Shown here one piece after another: positions 1 through 14,300 of a DNA stretch of 64,000 nt. The stretch lies in the NCBI RefSeq assembly GCF_009914755.1, contig NC_060929.1. One strand, given 5' to 3'. The position numbers and the translations under genes were made by a program. The number at the start of each line of letters is the position of its first letter. The stretch's first letter is position 1. This stretch comes from the human T2T-CHM13v2.0 reference genome, Homo sapiens. The notes under the pieces were generated by a model. It had not been told where the DNA came from, made no database searches, and worked only from the letters and a program-made list of their open reading frames with translations.

Positions 1-284
1 GGAGGCTGAGGTGGGCAGATTACCTGGGGTCAGGAGTTTTGAGACCAGCCTGGCCAGCATGGTGAAACCCCGTCTCTACTAAAAATACAAAAAAAATTAG
101 TCAGGAGTGGTGGTATGCACCTGTAATCCCAGCTACTCAGGAGGCTGAGGCAGGAAAATCACTTGAACCCGGGAGGCAGGGTTGCAGTGAGCTGAGATTG
201 CGCCACTGCACTCCAGCCTGGGTGACAGAGTGCGACTCTGTCTCAAAACAAACAAACAAACAAAAAAAATAAAAAAAGAAAAAA
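1..284 (+). mobile_element. Alu (AluS-like), 5' end cut by the window edge
   Basis: Both Alu arms, central A-rich linker, (CAAA)n/A tail. Confidence 0.95.
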
Positions 285-889
285 GTGACCCCCCATCTCA
301 GCCTCTGTGCCTGGCCTAAGACAGGTTGCCAAGATCACTACCAGTATGCGCTGTCCTTTCTCAAGGTGTCTTCAAGGAGAAGTAAGTACACTGTGGACAG
401 CCCCCTGGCAGTAACACATCTCCTGCAAGCCTCTTTGTGTAGGAGGATTTGTTCTCCTGGCCCCTCCTTCCAATACCAACATCTTGAACTACAATTGTAA
501 ACCAGAGTCCGGACCCAGGGTTGAGGTCCTCAAATACTCCTATGGAAGAGACCACGTTTTCCCAGCTGCATGGAGGCATTTCACAGCTAAAACCACTCTT
601 CCAATTCAAAGAAGTCAATGAATAGACAACAGCTGTGAATAATGTCTTCTGTGTTTTTCCCTAAACATTGGTTTTGTGGTCATGTCTTCGCTGGTGTTGA
701 AACACTTTTTCACAACCAATGATTATGTATGTGATTAAAACCTCGGAAATGGATTGCCTCGGTCATTCACTCGTTTTCAAGGATGCCACCACCATGTTTA
801 GAATGTGGCTGTCCCATGCTTCTCCCCACCCTTGCCCCTGGCCTTTGTGCTTCTGTGCCCTTTGTGATTTTAGCCATCATCCGTGTAAT

Positions 890-938
890 GGCTAAAATTC
901 AGAAGAAAACGGCTAAAATTCAGAAGGAAAGTAAAATT
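890..938. repeat. 21-bp tandem repeat (GGCTAAAATTCAGAAG(A/G)AAA(C/G)), about 2.3 copies
   Basis: Copies at 890-910 and 911-931, then a partial taaaatt. Confidence 0.85.
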
Positions 939-3339
939 ACAAGCAGCATTTTTCTCAACAAACAGCCCACTGGTGACCTCGTGAGGGCACCAGCCATCGC
1001 CTATGCCTGTCCTTCTGGTGGCACAGAATTCACTGGAAAGGTCTCGGCCAGCCAGGCTCTGTGTCCAGCCTCTGTCTGTGTCTCTAAGGGGGGCCTGCAC
1101 CTCCCGGGCTGCCTGGCAGGGCCTGTGAGGCCTCACTGTCATGAGAAAAGAATCCACAGGTCTGTAAACTTGCTATTTTTAGGCCTCAGTGGACTTGCGC
1201 CAGTTTCCTGAGTGTAGTAATTACCCAGATATTTTATTGAATAGGGCCTTGAAAACTTACAACACACACCTCAAACCTACTCAGAAATTTAAAGAGGTTT
1301 AAAATGCCATGCAGCGAATTCTCAAAGACAAATGACAAGCCCACGTCTCCATCCACCTCCCCCCACACCCTCAGGCTGCTCTTACCCTGCTTCTCTGCGC
1401 TTTCCACACCCGTCCCCGCCCGGGTGAGCTCACCCCATGCAGCTCTGCTACATGCCAGCCAGGCAGGGCTTGCTCCGTGACGGCCCTTTCCAGACTGGCT
1501 TCTCTTCTAAATGCAAGCCTCTGTGTCCAACTGTCTCCTGGGGATGTACGAGGGACATCTCCAACCTAGCATTTCCTAAAGAGGGATGCTTCCTGCTCCA
1601 CCCAGTGTCCCCCATCTCAGGAAATAAGACTTTCATCCATGGCTGAGGCCACCGACCCGAACGGATGCTTTGTTCACTCTTTGCCTCCCTCCCCACTAGC
1701 TCCCCATGGCTGGCTCTACTTCAAAATCCATGCTGCATCCAAATCAACGCTGCTCCCCATTCAACCCCTTACCTCCAGAATCTCCTGCGGGACTGCCATA
1801 GCCTCCTGAGCCCCTGTCCCAGTGGGTCCACTGCCCAGTACTGTTCCACACGGCATGTAATCTTCTAGAGTATGTCAATTTGACCTTGATTGCCTGACTC
1901 ACCAATCTCCAAGTCTTCACCTTCTTACCATGGGGGAAGGAGAGCCTGGCCTGCGAAGAAGGCGCACAAGTCTGTGGGTGGTTTCCTTTCCGAGGCCCAC
2001 GAGGTTGCACTTCCCTCTGGTTGTTAAGTGTGATGTATAGAAGATAATGACTCAAGTGCCTGGATTAGCAATTGTGGGGACTAGCAATGCCCCCAGCCTA
2101 CCCTCAAAGTCCAGGCTTGAACAATAGAACAAAACAGACACCCAGAGGGTTTGGCAGGGAATAGAGAATGATTAGAGAAATAGAAAAATTAATTAGTTCA
2201 TTACAGCTGGGAGCAGGAGAGCCATTCTCTTCCATTAATGGGAAAGTTGGAGCCTGAACCAAGAGCAGAAAGCATGGAGCAGAAGCCATGGACTGATTCT
2301 TCCTTCAGTTAGAGGAAGCAACAGGAGAAGCAGAAGACTGAAAGAAAACTCCAGCTTATTCAAGAACCACGGAGAAGGAACAGTGGACGGGTAGGATGCA
2401 CAGAATAGATACACGGCGCTGGTCCCTCTTGTAAGCATCTCATGGACATGCCTGCTTTTCATCTTCACGTAATTCCAGGCATGAGTTACAGAAATTTTCC
2501 CCATTCTGAGGCCAGTAAGTTTAATCAGTTTGCCTGAGGCCACATAGCTAGGAAATGGCAGAATGATGGCAAAGTCAGGCAAATTCGTTCCACAGTCCCT
2601 GTTCTTAACAAAAACAGAAATCTAAATTTGAGAATGGGCTGTATGCCCTGTTGAAAGACTCTTAAAAGAGAGAGAAAATCCAGCAAACTTACCCTGAGAT
2701 GGATGGTCTGGGTTTCTTCCCATTTCCTAGAACTGCTTACCCGTGTGGAGCCATGCTTACTAACCCGCTGCCCTTGATGCCAGTGAGGCTTGGTGCTGGG
2801 CTGCCAATGACCTCAGTTATGGGGCACGGCAAACTTGGTGACTTTAGCTGCAGGCAGAGTCTGGGGTGGCGGTGCCTGCAGTCTGGTGTGCTGTAATGTA
2901 AACACCCAGGAAGGCTTCTGGTTGTTGCTTTAGGCCTAAGGCAGGGAGCCGGGAGAAATAGAGAAGGGAAGGGGTCTTCATTAGATGAGAAAGGAATATT
3001 GAAAAGTGAGGATTTTTCTGTTTCACTTTCATTTTATTTGACCTTTTACATTGTAAATTATATTCATTTAAAAAATAAAGAAAAAGAAACATTTCTCCAA
3101 TAAATGGAATGCAGGACACATGTTAATACGGGCAGTGAATGTTAAGCTACACAGCGATTTTAAAATGAATGCACCATCTTCCTTGCTCAGGCAGTGGCTC
3201 CTGCGGTCACCATCTAAGGCAACCTGTTCCGACCTCCCTGGTGGAAACCTGGAAGCTCTCTGAACTTTCCTCTCTCCTTCTTCCACGTTGAATCAATTAC
3301 TGAGCCCCCAAAGATTTTACCTCCGAAACATGTTGTGGC

Positions 3340-3790
3340 AAAGTCAGTGTGCTGTGTTTGCCAGACCCAGTTCCTTTTTGTTCTGGGCTCTCAGCTGGAC
3401 TATATAGTCCAGCCTCCCTCAAGTTAGATGGGGCCACATGTCTGAGTTCTGGCCACCAAAATATGCATGTGAGTGATGTGCTGGCCACCCCCCAGACCTG
3501 GACCCTAAACCTCCTGCAGGATGCTCCATCCTATTTCTTCCCCTCACCCCTTTGCTGGCCCTCTGCAGAGAACTAGCTGAAAATTCCAGGGCCCAAGGGA
3601 ATGGCAGAACTTCTGCCTGAAAGAGCCAGGATTCCTGAATGACTGTGTGGAGCAGAGTTCTCCTTCCCCATACCCCAGGCCCCATGCAGGCCCACAGTGG
3701 ACTGGGAAGTGAATAAGAAATAAACTCTTAACATGTGATGCCACTCTGATTTGAGATCGCTTCTTATAGCAACTACAATAACTGACCCTA
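3340..3790 (+). mobile_element. MLT1 (ERVL-MaLR) LTR, MLT1J-like
   Basis: Diagnostic ccagcctccct..ggccacatg..gagttctggcca and gaatgactgtgtggagcagag blocks; boundaries approximate. Confidence 0.6.
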
Positions 3791-4349
3791 ATTTATTTTC
3801 TCCTAAATAATCCTTTGCATACCTAATACTGTGCCCATTACTGATTTTCTATTTCTCTCAAAAGGCCATCCCCCCAACCTTTACCTCCATCTTCAATCTT
3901 GGCCTCTCATAATTCCATCTGTTAAGACAAAGTGAACTTTTCTTAAAACGCATGTTAGACCATACCCCTCTTTGGGGTACATCTTTTAATGGTACCCCCA
4001 AAAGTGCTGACCATGGCACACCCTTCCTGTGCCTGGCTTTGGCCAACAGCCTCACATTGGATTTCTGCTGCCATGCTTGGCCCCTGGCCACTGAGAGCCC
4101 TGGGGAATTTCTGTCCTCAGGGCTGTGTCTCCAGACATTTCTCATCCTGGAATGTCCTTCCTCTGTTAGGCTAATACTCTGCATCTTCTAGGATCAGTCC
4201 AGCAACACCTCTAGGTTCCCTTGCCCTGTCTCCCACTAGTACCCTGCACATGTGTGTACATCACACACATCTCCGTTTATTGAGCTGAGAGCTTCTTTGG
4301 GCCCTCACTCAGAGACGGAATTTGTCACCTGTATGTGCTTGACGCTGGG

Positions 4350-4450
4350 GCCCAGCAACTACCCCTAGTCGTGACAATCCAAAGCGTCTCCAGACGTGGC
4401 CACATGTGCCCTGGGAGACACAGTCAGCTCTGGTTGACAATCCTGCTCTA
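4350..4450. mobile_element. MER20 (hAT-Charlie) fragment
   Basis: gtgacaatccaaagcgtctccagacgtggccacatgtgccctggg...ggttgacaatcctg resembles the MER20 terminus. Confidence 0.65.
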
Positions 4451-4552
4451 GAGTGGTTGGAAAGAAGAGGCATTTCTTGTGGGTTGTATTCTCTTGGTGG
4501 GGCTACTCTATTCAAGGTCAAAAACTAGATTTCGTCAGAACATTCAAGCCTC

Positions 4553-5920
4553 TGTAGCAGGCCAAAAAGTGTCCTCCCAAAATTCACGTTCACCCAGAAT
4601 CTCAGAACAAGACCTTGTTTGGAAACAGGGTCTTTGCAGGCTCTCAGAAACAGACTCGTATGGACTGAATTCAGAAGAGATTGCAGGTGGCAGACACTGG
4701 CAGGACATGAGACCCACTTCCTGCTTCTTTACTAACAGACCCAGTTTTTTTCAACATGGTCATAAGTCAAGCACAAACAATGGCTCACGATTGGTTTAGG
4801 TCATTCATGATCATTCTGTGTCTCATCATGTGTCTTAATTTCTCAGACTCTCTCGCAGTTGGGGTGGCCTTATAACTAGCTCTAATCAACAAGATTTGAG
4901 GACAAATCTAACGTGAGGTTTCTTGGAAAAAGTTTGCTTTTCTGATACAAAGGGTCACAGACAGCAGACACTGTCCTTCTTCCCCCACCTCCTTCCTGTG
5001 GACATGAGGGATGGACCCAGAGCAGCCTTTAGGTGAAGGCCAGGGGAATGTCAGACAGGTCAGCTCGGACATCCTGGGACACTGGGCCACCATGCCAATG
5101 GCCCTTTCTTGCTGGATTTCTTATTACGGGAGCAAAATAACTTTCTTGTTTTATTTAAGCCTCTGTAGTAGGTTGCAAAGTGGTCTTCCCAAAATTCTGG
5201 GTGAATTTTGGGAGGAGACTATGCAACCTCCTAGTGTCCACCCAGAATGTCAGAACAAGACCTTATTTGGAAATAGGGTCTTTGGAGGTATAATCAGTTA
5301 AGAATCTTCAGATGAAATCATCCTGGATTTAGAGTGGGCCCCAAATCCAATGACTGATGTCCTTACAAGAAGAGAAGGCATAGAGAGATACACAGGGGAG
5401 GATGTCATGTGATAACAGAAGTAGAGGTTAGCATAATTCATCCCCCATTCTCCCCCTTCCAGTGCCCCACACCGCTTGCAATATGATGCAGCTCCTTCCA
5501 TCAAGAGGTGGAGGCTTCTTTCCCACTCCTTGACTTGTCAAGGCCTTGCCACTTGCTTTGTCTCACAGAATGGTAAGGAAGTGATGGCATGCCGGTTCTG
5601 AGCCTCATGCATGTCTGCTTGCACTCCTGAAACTCTGTTCAGCCACCTGAGAACAAGCCTGAGTCAGCCTGTTGGATAACAAGAGACTGATGGTCCTTGT
5701 CAACTCTGTCAACTCCAGTGCCCCAGCTGCCAGCCAGGCTACTCTAGCCCAGCCAGCCTTCAGCTGATTGGCCAGCTGAGTGGAGCAAGATCAGCTGTGT
5801 TTGACCCAGAGCAGCAAAACCACCTAGTTGATTTGTAGACTTGTGAGCAATACCAAACACTTATTTTAAGCCACTAAGCTTGGGGTGGCTTCTTACCCAG
5901 CAGTAGCTAATACCTACACA
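4553..5920 (+). mobile_element. Cluster of MLT1 LTR pieces (MLT1B/C-like starts at ~4553 and ~5164; MLT1H/F-like segments)
   Basis: Repeated gaccttatttggaaatagggtctttg motif; terminal ttttaagccactaag..ggggtgg..cagcagtagctaa. Confidence 0.65.
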
Positions 5921-5974
5921 CTTTCAGTTATTTGGCACCTGTGAGCAATTGAATTTGGGAACCCTGTTTTAGGT

Positions 5975-6150
5975 AGAGGTTTTCAGAGTTCACTGTGTTT
6001 TAGAATTACTCAGAAAATTTACTTAAAATAGAGATTCCTGGGCTTGCTCCTAGAGAGTTTCAGTAAATTGGGTGAGCTCTAGGTATCTGCATTTTGACCA
6101 GCATTGCTAATTCTGGCATGGGTAGTCCATGGAATACACTTTGTAAACCA
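5975..6150. mobile_element. MER5-type hAT element
   Basis: aaaatagagattcctggg..atctgcattttgaccagc..acactttgtaaacca. Confidence 0.55.
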
Positions 6151-6269
6151 TTTTTTTCATGGGAACAAATCACTAAAATCATGGTGTAATCTCTAATATT
6201 ATTCCTCCTCCAATATCCGAAGAGAGAGAGGAGAGGGTTTCAGCCCAAAACGGGAATGGGCTGCACTTA

Positions 6270-6726
<457 letters not shown>

Positions 6727-7142
6727 ATACACTGCTTTTAATTTACATAAAAATATTTATGATCATATATAAATAACAAAACCTTGGTTTTAATTACAAA
6801 ATGTTGTTTGGTGGCTGGTGGATCAAATCAACGAGGATTAGCTAGAGGCAAACTGCAAAGACAGAGTATGAGGCAATCAAGAAAAACTTAAAATACCTAA
6901 ACAATGACAACCTGTGTAACAGATCCTGGAAGCTGGACAAGGGCAACTGCCCGTGTCCATTCCCGCTGGGCCAATCAATCAGCTGCCAGTCATTCTGCCA
7001 ATGTTCACCAAGGACTGATGTGTCAGACAATCCTTGAGCTGATACACAGCAGGGACAGGCCATTCCTATCCTCTCTTCACGGAGCATGCATTCTAATGGG
7101 GCGGGGGACACAAATGATAAATGAGATAAAATATATATGACG

Positions 7143-7624
7143 TGGTATAGTGTCCCCCAAAAAGATATGATCAAGTCCCAACCCTGGGTGCCTGCGAATA
7201 TGACCTTATTTGGAAACTCTTTGCAGATGTAATCAGGTTAGGAGGAAGACACTAGGGTGCCCTAATCCAATGCCACTGGTGTCTTTCTGAGAAGAGACAT
7301 GGACACAGGGAAAATGCCATGCGATGATGATGACAGAGAGTGGAGCGCTGCATCCACAAATCAAGGACACAGGGGAACGTCATGCGATGACGTGTCAGAG
7401 AGTGGGGTGATGCACCAACAAGCCAAGGAATGCCACGGTTTGCCAGCAACACCAGAAGCTGAGAGGAGAGCATGGGGCACACTCCCTTACAGCCTTCAGA
7501 GGATACACGGCCTTGCTGACAACTTGATTTTGGACGTTCAGCCTCTAGGACTGTGAGAGCATGCGTTTGTTGTTTTAAGCCACCCAGTTTGTGACATTTT
7601 GTTACTCAGCTCCAGGAAACTAAG
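7143..7624 (+). mobile_element. MLT1B/C-like solo LTR with an internal ~63-bp duplication
   Basis: tgtcccccaaaaagatatg..gaccttatttggaaa..agccaaggaatgcc..ttttaagccacccagtttgtg..aggaaactaa. Confidence 0.8.
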
Positions 7625-7959
7625 GGAGAAAAAGCAAATGGGGAAGGGAAACGGGATGCTGAGGGTTATGTTTGCAGTTTAGACTAAAGAGCCACTTGGA
7701 CGTCCTCACTAAGATGGGGAGGAGGGAACGCATGTCAGGCAGATGGAACAGCAAGTGCAAAGGCCCTGAGGCAGGAGTGTGCCAGGGGTGCTTCTGGCTG
7801 GTATTGTTTGGGCTAGGGAAAGCGCTGGGAGGTGAGGGCAGGGGAAGAGGGGAAGGACCAGGGGATAAGGGACTTGCAGGTCATAGCAAGGTTGTTCCAT
7901 TTTGCTGAATGAGAAAGCCACTGGAGGGTTTTGAGCAGAGGAGTGGCATGGACTGAATT

Positions 7960-8323
7960 TTTTAAAATGTCAACTTTAAATTCTGGGATACACGTGCAAG
8001 ACGTGCAGGTTTGTTACATAGGTAAATGTGTGCCATGGTGGTTTGCTGCACTTGTGAACCCATCACCTAGGCATTAAGCCCTGCATGCATTAGCTATTTA
8101 TCCTGATGCTCTCCCTTCCCCTAACACCCAACAGGTCCCGGTGTGTGTTGTTCCCCTCCCTGTGTCGATGCATTCTCATTGTTCAGCTCCCCCTTATTAC
8201 TGAGAACATGCGGTGTTTGGTTTTCTGTTCCTGTGTTAGTTTGCTGAGGATAGTGGCTTCCACCTCCATTCATGTCCCCACAAAGGTCATGATCTCATTC
8301 CTTTTTACGGCTGCATAGTATTC
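7960..8323 (-). mobile_element. L1PA 3'-end fragment, inside an older L2-like region (~7630-8620)
   Basis: gtgcaggtttgttacataggtaaa..cattgttcagctccc..gagaacatgcggtgtttggttttctgttcc is the L1PA 3'UTR antisense. Confidence 0.9.
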
Positions 8324-10133
8324 TAAGAGTGGCATGAGATGATTTTTAAAATAGTAACATCTTTTTTGTTTTTTAAAAAGGATCACACGAGCAGCTGTGC
8401 AGAATGTGGGAAACCAGCTAGAAGGCACTGCTTTAAAATGGACGGGTGGCGGGGAAAGAGGGGTGGAGGGAGGAGGAGGGGTAGCAGTTGGGTTCTGGAT
8501 GTTTCGGGCAGTGGAGCCAAGAGGATGTGTTCATTGTGGACAGAGAGAGGAGCCAGGCATGACCAAGGATTTTGGACTGAGCCATTGGAAGCAAAGAGCT
8601 CCAGAATAACGGCCGTTTGACTTGTGTGTGATTTTCTGTAGTTTACTGAATGCACGTTCTAATCCTTGGTCATGATTTCCACGTGTACAATATGAAGGTA
8701 TTTGAAAACGTCTGAAACATTCATTTTCATTACTAACCACCACCACTTGCCCCAAAGCCTTTGTATGCAACACACGGACCTTTCCTGTTGGGGCGATGTT
8801 TGAAGGGTCAAGTGCTTAGTAATGTCTACTCATCTGTGCTGGAGACGAGGGGGTAGCATTTACAACACGCCTGTACGAAGGCCAGGTCCCGTTCTACTTA
8901 AAAGGCTTGGAGCCCGGGCGCCACTGGGCTAAGGCAGCTTCAGGGCCCTGGCCCGGGAGTGCATTTGCGGGGACTCCGCCTGAAGACAGGGCGGCAGCCG
9001 CGGGGCCTCACGTCGCCCAGGCTCGCGGGGCACCGCGATGATCAACGACACTGGCGTTTGCTTTGGACCTCACAGGATGTGTGGTTGGCGCTGTATTCCA
9101 AACAGTGCCACTGTCAACCCGGCTTCCATCGCGCTCGGGACACCGGGATGGCAAACGGCAGGCTGTGGATGGCGGGCGGTTTCCCACTGACTCCTGCCCG
9201 CTCGGTGCAGCTGGAAAAACCGAAGCCGGGGGCCGGACGCGCCGCCCACCAGCCGTTCCTCGGCTAGCACTGCCCATTTTGCCCAGGGAATTAACTTGGA
9301 AGTTTTCACTTCACTTTTCGCATAGAAAATCATTTTAAAAAGCAAACCAAACGCCTGTAAGCAGACCCGCTAGGGAGCAGGACTCCGCCGCGTGTCCTTC
9401 CCGGCTCCGGAGCGGCGGAGCCAGCCACCCGGCACGGCACGCTGGCCGCTCACCCCGCGAGGTGCAGGGAGCACGTGGGCCGACGCGCGGACCCCAGAGA
9501 GCGCAGCGTGACCTGCTGCACGGACCCTCGGATGAGAGACCTGGGGCGGGATCTGCGACCGGGGCCCGCCCTTACGTCAGGAGGGCGGGCCGGCCGGCGG
9601 GGGAAGCGCCTGCGGTGGCGTCCGCTGCCCCCGCCCGGCTGCTCGGAAACTTCCACCGGCGGCGGTGACGGCCACGCTGCCCTGCGCACGCGCAGCGCGG
9701 CTCAGGCGGCAGCCCGGTGACACCGGCCCTAGCGCGCATGTCTGCACGCCGGGGTCTGCGCGCCGCGGCGGGCCGAGGGCGGCGTGCGGGCCTTCCAGCC
9801 GCTGCCTATTCCACCCAACGCCGGCCTAGTCAGTAATGGCTCAACGCCACCGCCTCTCCCTCCAGCCCCTCCCAGTCGCGTAGCTTCTGACGCCGTCCTC
9901 ACCCCGCCCGCGGCCGACGGGGCCCCAACGCGCAGGCGCGGTAACCACGGCGGCGGTGTCTAGTGAGGATTTGAAATCGGTCGCGCGTGCGCACCGGCGA
10001 CACGGCCCGGCGACCGAGGCCGCGCTTCCTCCTGCCGCCCCCGTCCCCGCCCCCTCCCCCGCCCCTCATTGGAGCGGACGCGGCGGCGGCCCCCTCCTTC
10101 CCCCGCGCTGTCGCCGCCGAGAGTGTCTTTTCA

Positions 10134-10154
10134 CCGCCGCCGCCGCCGCCGCCG
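10134..10154 (+). repeat. (CCG)7 trinucleotide repeat near the 5' end; a second (CCG)6 lies at 10508-10525
   Basis: Read directly from the sequence. Confidence 0.9.
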
Positions 10155-10189
10155 CAGGAGCGCCGAGCCAGCGGCGCGAGCGTGACTGA

Positions 10190-11359
<1,170 letters not shown>

Positions 11360-14300
11360 TGAGTGCGCGGGGAGGCCGCGGGGGCGGGGGCGGGGCCCAT
11401 GGTCCTGGCCGGCGCCCGCGGTGCAGACACCCGTCCCAGGCGCCCGGGCTTTTGGAGGATGGATGTTGAAGGCTAAGGCCAAGGCCCGACTCTGCACTGA
11501 AAGTTTTTTTTTTAAACATCAGACTCATTTATCGTGGAGTGACTTGCCCAGATCCTACAAGTAACAGTCCAAGAAAAGGGGCTGCTGGGTAGGACCTGCA
11601 GGTATTTGTCTTTTTTACTCTTGAGATTGGAACGGGAAATCGACTCTCTACCCCTCCACCCCGCCTCCGGGCAAGTGAGGAACCCCTTGTCAAAGTGGGG
11701 CGTAGATAAGTGTGGAGTTTCACGTAAGTTAAGTTGCAGAATAATTTAGCATTGCCAGGAACTCGAATCACGTCGAAGGTAAATATTAACCTTTTTAATT
11801 TCATTTTTTAAAAAAATTTAACTGTCAACTTAGAGGTGATTCATTTTTTGGGGGGTGTTGTGTCCTTTAATTTTGTGCTGCAATTACCATAAGCATCGCC
11901 TATGGTTTATAAACATTGGCTTAATTCAAAGAAAAAACCAGATTTGTCATATATGTCTATTCTTTGGAAGGTGCCATTTTTATTTTAAATATTTCTACAT
12001 CCGCCTAGAGGGAATTAGAGGCTCTACTTAAATTTAGTGCACTTACAGACGGCAAGGAATGAAACGAAAGGTGGTGTGTGTTTCGGGGTTGGAATTGTCC
12101 CAGGTGAGGCTGTTCAGGTGTGATGCTGTTGACGCAGCCCCTTTGCCATTTTGGGCTTTTCTGAGCGTCTGGAAGCAATTTATGTGTAGGTTGTATGTCA
12201 GTATTTTAAGACTTAAATGATAATTTTTCCTTGCACAATTTTTCCCCCCAATTTAAAAAACAATTAAGGATTTGCTGGGGTATGAGGGTTGTTGCATGCA
12301 GTAGAGTCCTACAAATAACCACAATTGCTAGGTGTTGGGAGTTCTTATAGTAAACTTTTGCTTGTAACTCTGTTTCTCATTTGAAGTATGTTGGGAAACA
12401 CGAGTTGATACTTCTTTAAAGCGTGTGATACACTGTAATAGCTGCATGTTCTGTAACTTATTTCACCTGGCTTGGGCTACAAGCGATACCTTCTAAATTT
12501 CCCGAAGTGTAAACATGCAGTGCAGACGCCGGCAGGAGCGCAGACTCCTCTTCTCTCCCTCCAGTTCTTACCTGTAGAACTTTCTGAGAGCAGGTGGTTG
12601 GGAGCAGTTTCTTCTTGATGAATAGCAATATATACCTAAGGGCTCGCTTGGGGAGGACCTTTAGGTTTCCAGCCTGTTATGTAACTGGAATGGACTCCGT
12701 TTCTCTTAGCACTAGAAAAAACAGGAAGACACGTGGTCTCTGCCAGTCTTGGGTTGTACCTCTGCTCTTAGAAAGTGGTAGCGCATCAGGTCCCATGCAC
12801 CTCACTTGGGCTCCCCGAGCTGTTTCCTCCAGGTAACTCTAGTCAGGCTCAGTAGGTGGTGTTGCTTTTGTTAGTGAATGAGCCCACTAGGATCAGGTGC
12901 TGTGCTAGGATCTGGGGATCTGGGGCAGGGACGGCATGGGAGACACAGTCTCATGATCTTGACCCACCCTGAAACCTGCCTGCAAGTGCCCCCTGCCTAG
13001 AGCACAAGAGTACCCTGCTCAGTTGTGCAGGTCCCCTCTCACGCTCTTCGTCACCCACGTCCAGTCTCTCATCACATGCTGTTCGTTTGGCCCTTTTAAT
13101 CTCTCCACACCTCATCCTCCCTCATGCAGGCTCTTGTTACTTCTGTGGAGATTGCTCAAGCAGCCGGAGGTGCCTTTGATGCACTCTGGTCCTGCTTGAG
13201 TCCTTTCCCATCACAGGTAATGGGGCAATCTTCTCTGCCAGCAGGTCTGGTCAGATTCCCCTTCACCCTGTGATGTCACCTCCCCCATCTCCAATCCCCC
13301 ACATTAAAGACTAAAGCCTAAAACTCAGCAACACCTCCAGGGCTCTGCTGCTCAGATGCCCCTAGGTCCTGGCTCCTGGCCCCACCCCTTGCCAACCCGT
13401 TAGAACCTAGCTGTAAGGCAGTATGGTGTAGGGCATGAGAGGGCTCTGAAGCCCACCAGGAGGTCTGGTTTGATACTGCAGTCATGCTCTTGGAACTTTC
13501 CTTTTCCCCTTTGCTGGAGACCTCTCCTTGCCTGTCTCTGGGTGGTGTGTACCATGCCTCCAGTATGGCCTTGGGTGCATCCGCTTCCTGCCGTCTCTGC
13601 CCAAAGGGGCCTGTGAGGACCACCTGCTCTGTGCCCAGAAGGGCACGGTGACCTCTGCTTGGGCTGCTATTCCAGCTACTCTTTCAGAAGCAAACCTAAG
13701 CTGTGGTAGAGTTGGGCCTGTGGCTAGAGGAGGTAAGGTCCCCCCTGTGATCATTTCCACATGGCCTGTTGGTCCTATATAAACTAACCTTTTTGTATCA
13801 ATAAATAGTTCTGTCTAGAACTTGCTTCTGGCCATCAGCTTACCCAGAGTGTTGAGAAAGGCCACCAAAAAGTCTTTCGGTTGTGGCTTAGCTAAGGAAA
13901 TAACTGAGTTTTAAAGGCTCACCTGGGCTGGCCAATAGTAAAGGACCTTGTTGCTGAGAAGCTGCTTGGGGTTGTGATATAGTCCCAGGACATGCACTTC
14001 TGAAAATGCAGTGTGTATTCCTCATGGGAGGATGAGCCTGCTGTGGAGCATTGGCTGAACCCAGTTGGGTCTTTGCCTGGTAGCCCATGTGGCAACCCTC
14101 ACTATTTGTCCTTTTCTGGGGAGGAGTTTTCTGCCCTTGGACACTTTGCCTGGTGGCTTGGCCTTGTGAGACTGCCAGTCTGCCTTCTGCTTCAAGTAGG
14201 ATGAAGAAAAAGCAGGTGAAAGAGGACAGGGATTGGTGCAAGAACCTTCAGAGGAGAGGAGGTGAAATGCTTCTTTTGGCTCTGGTTCTTGAATCATTGT

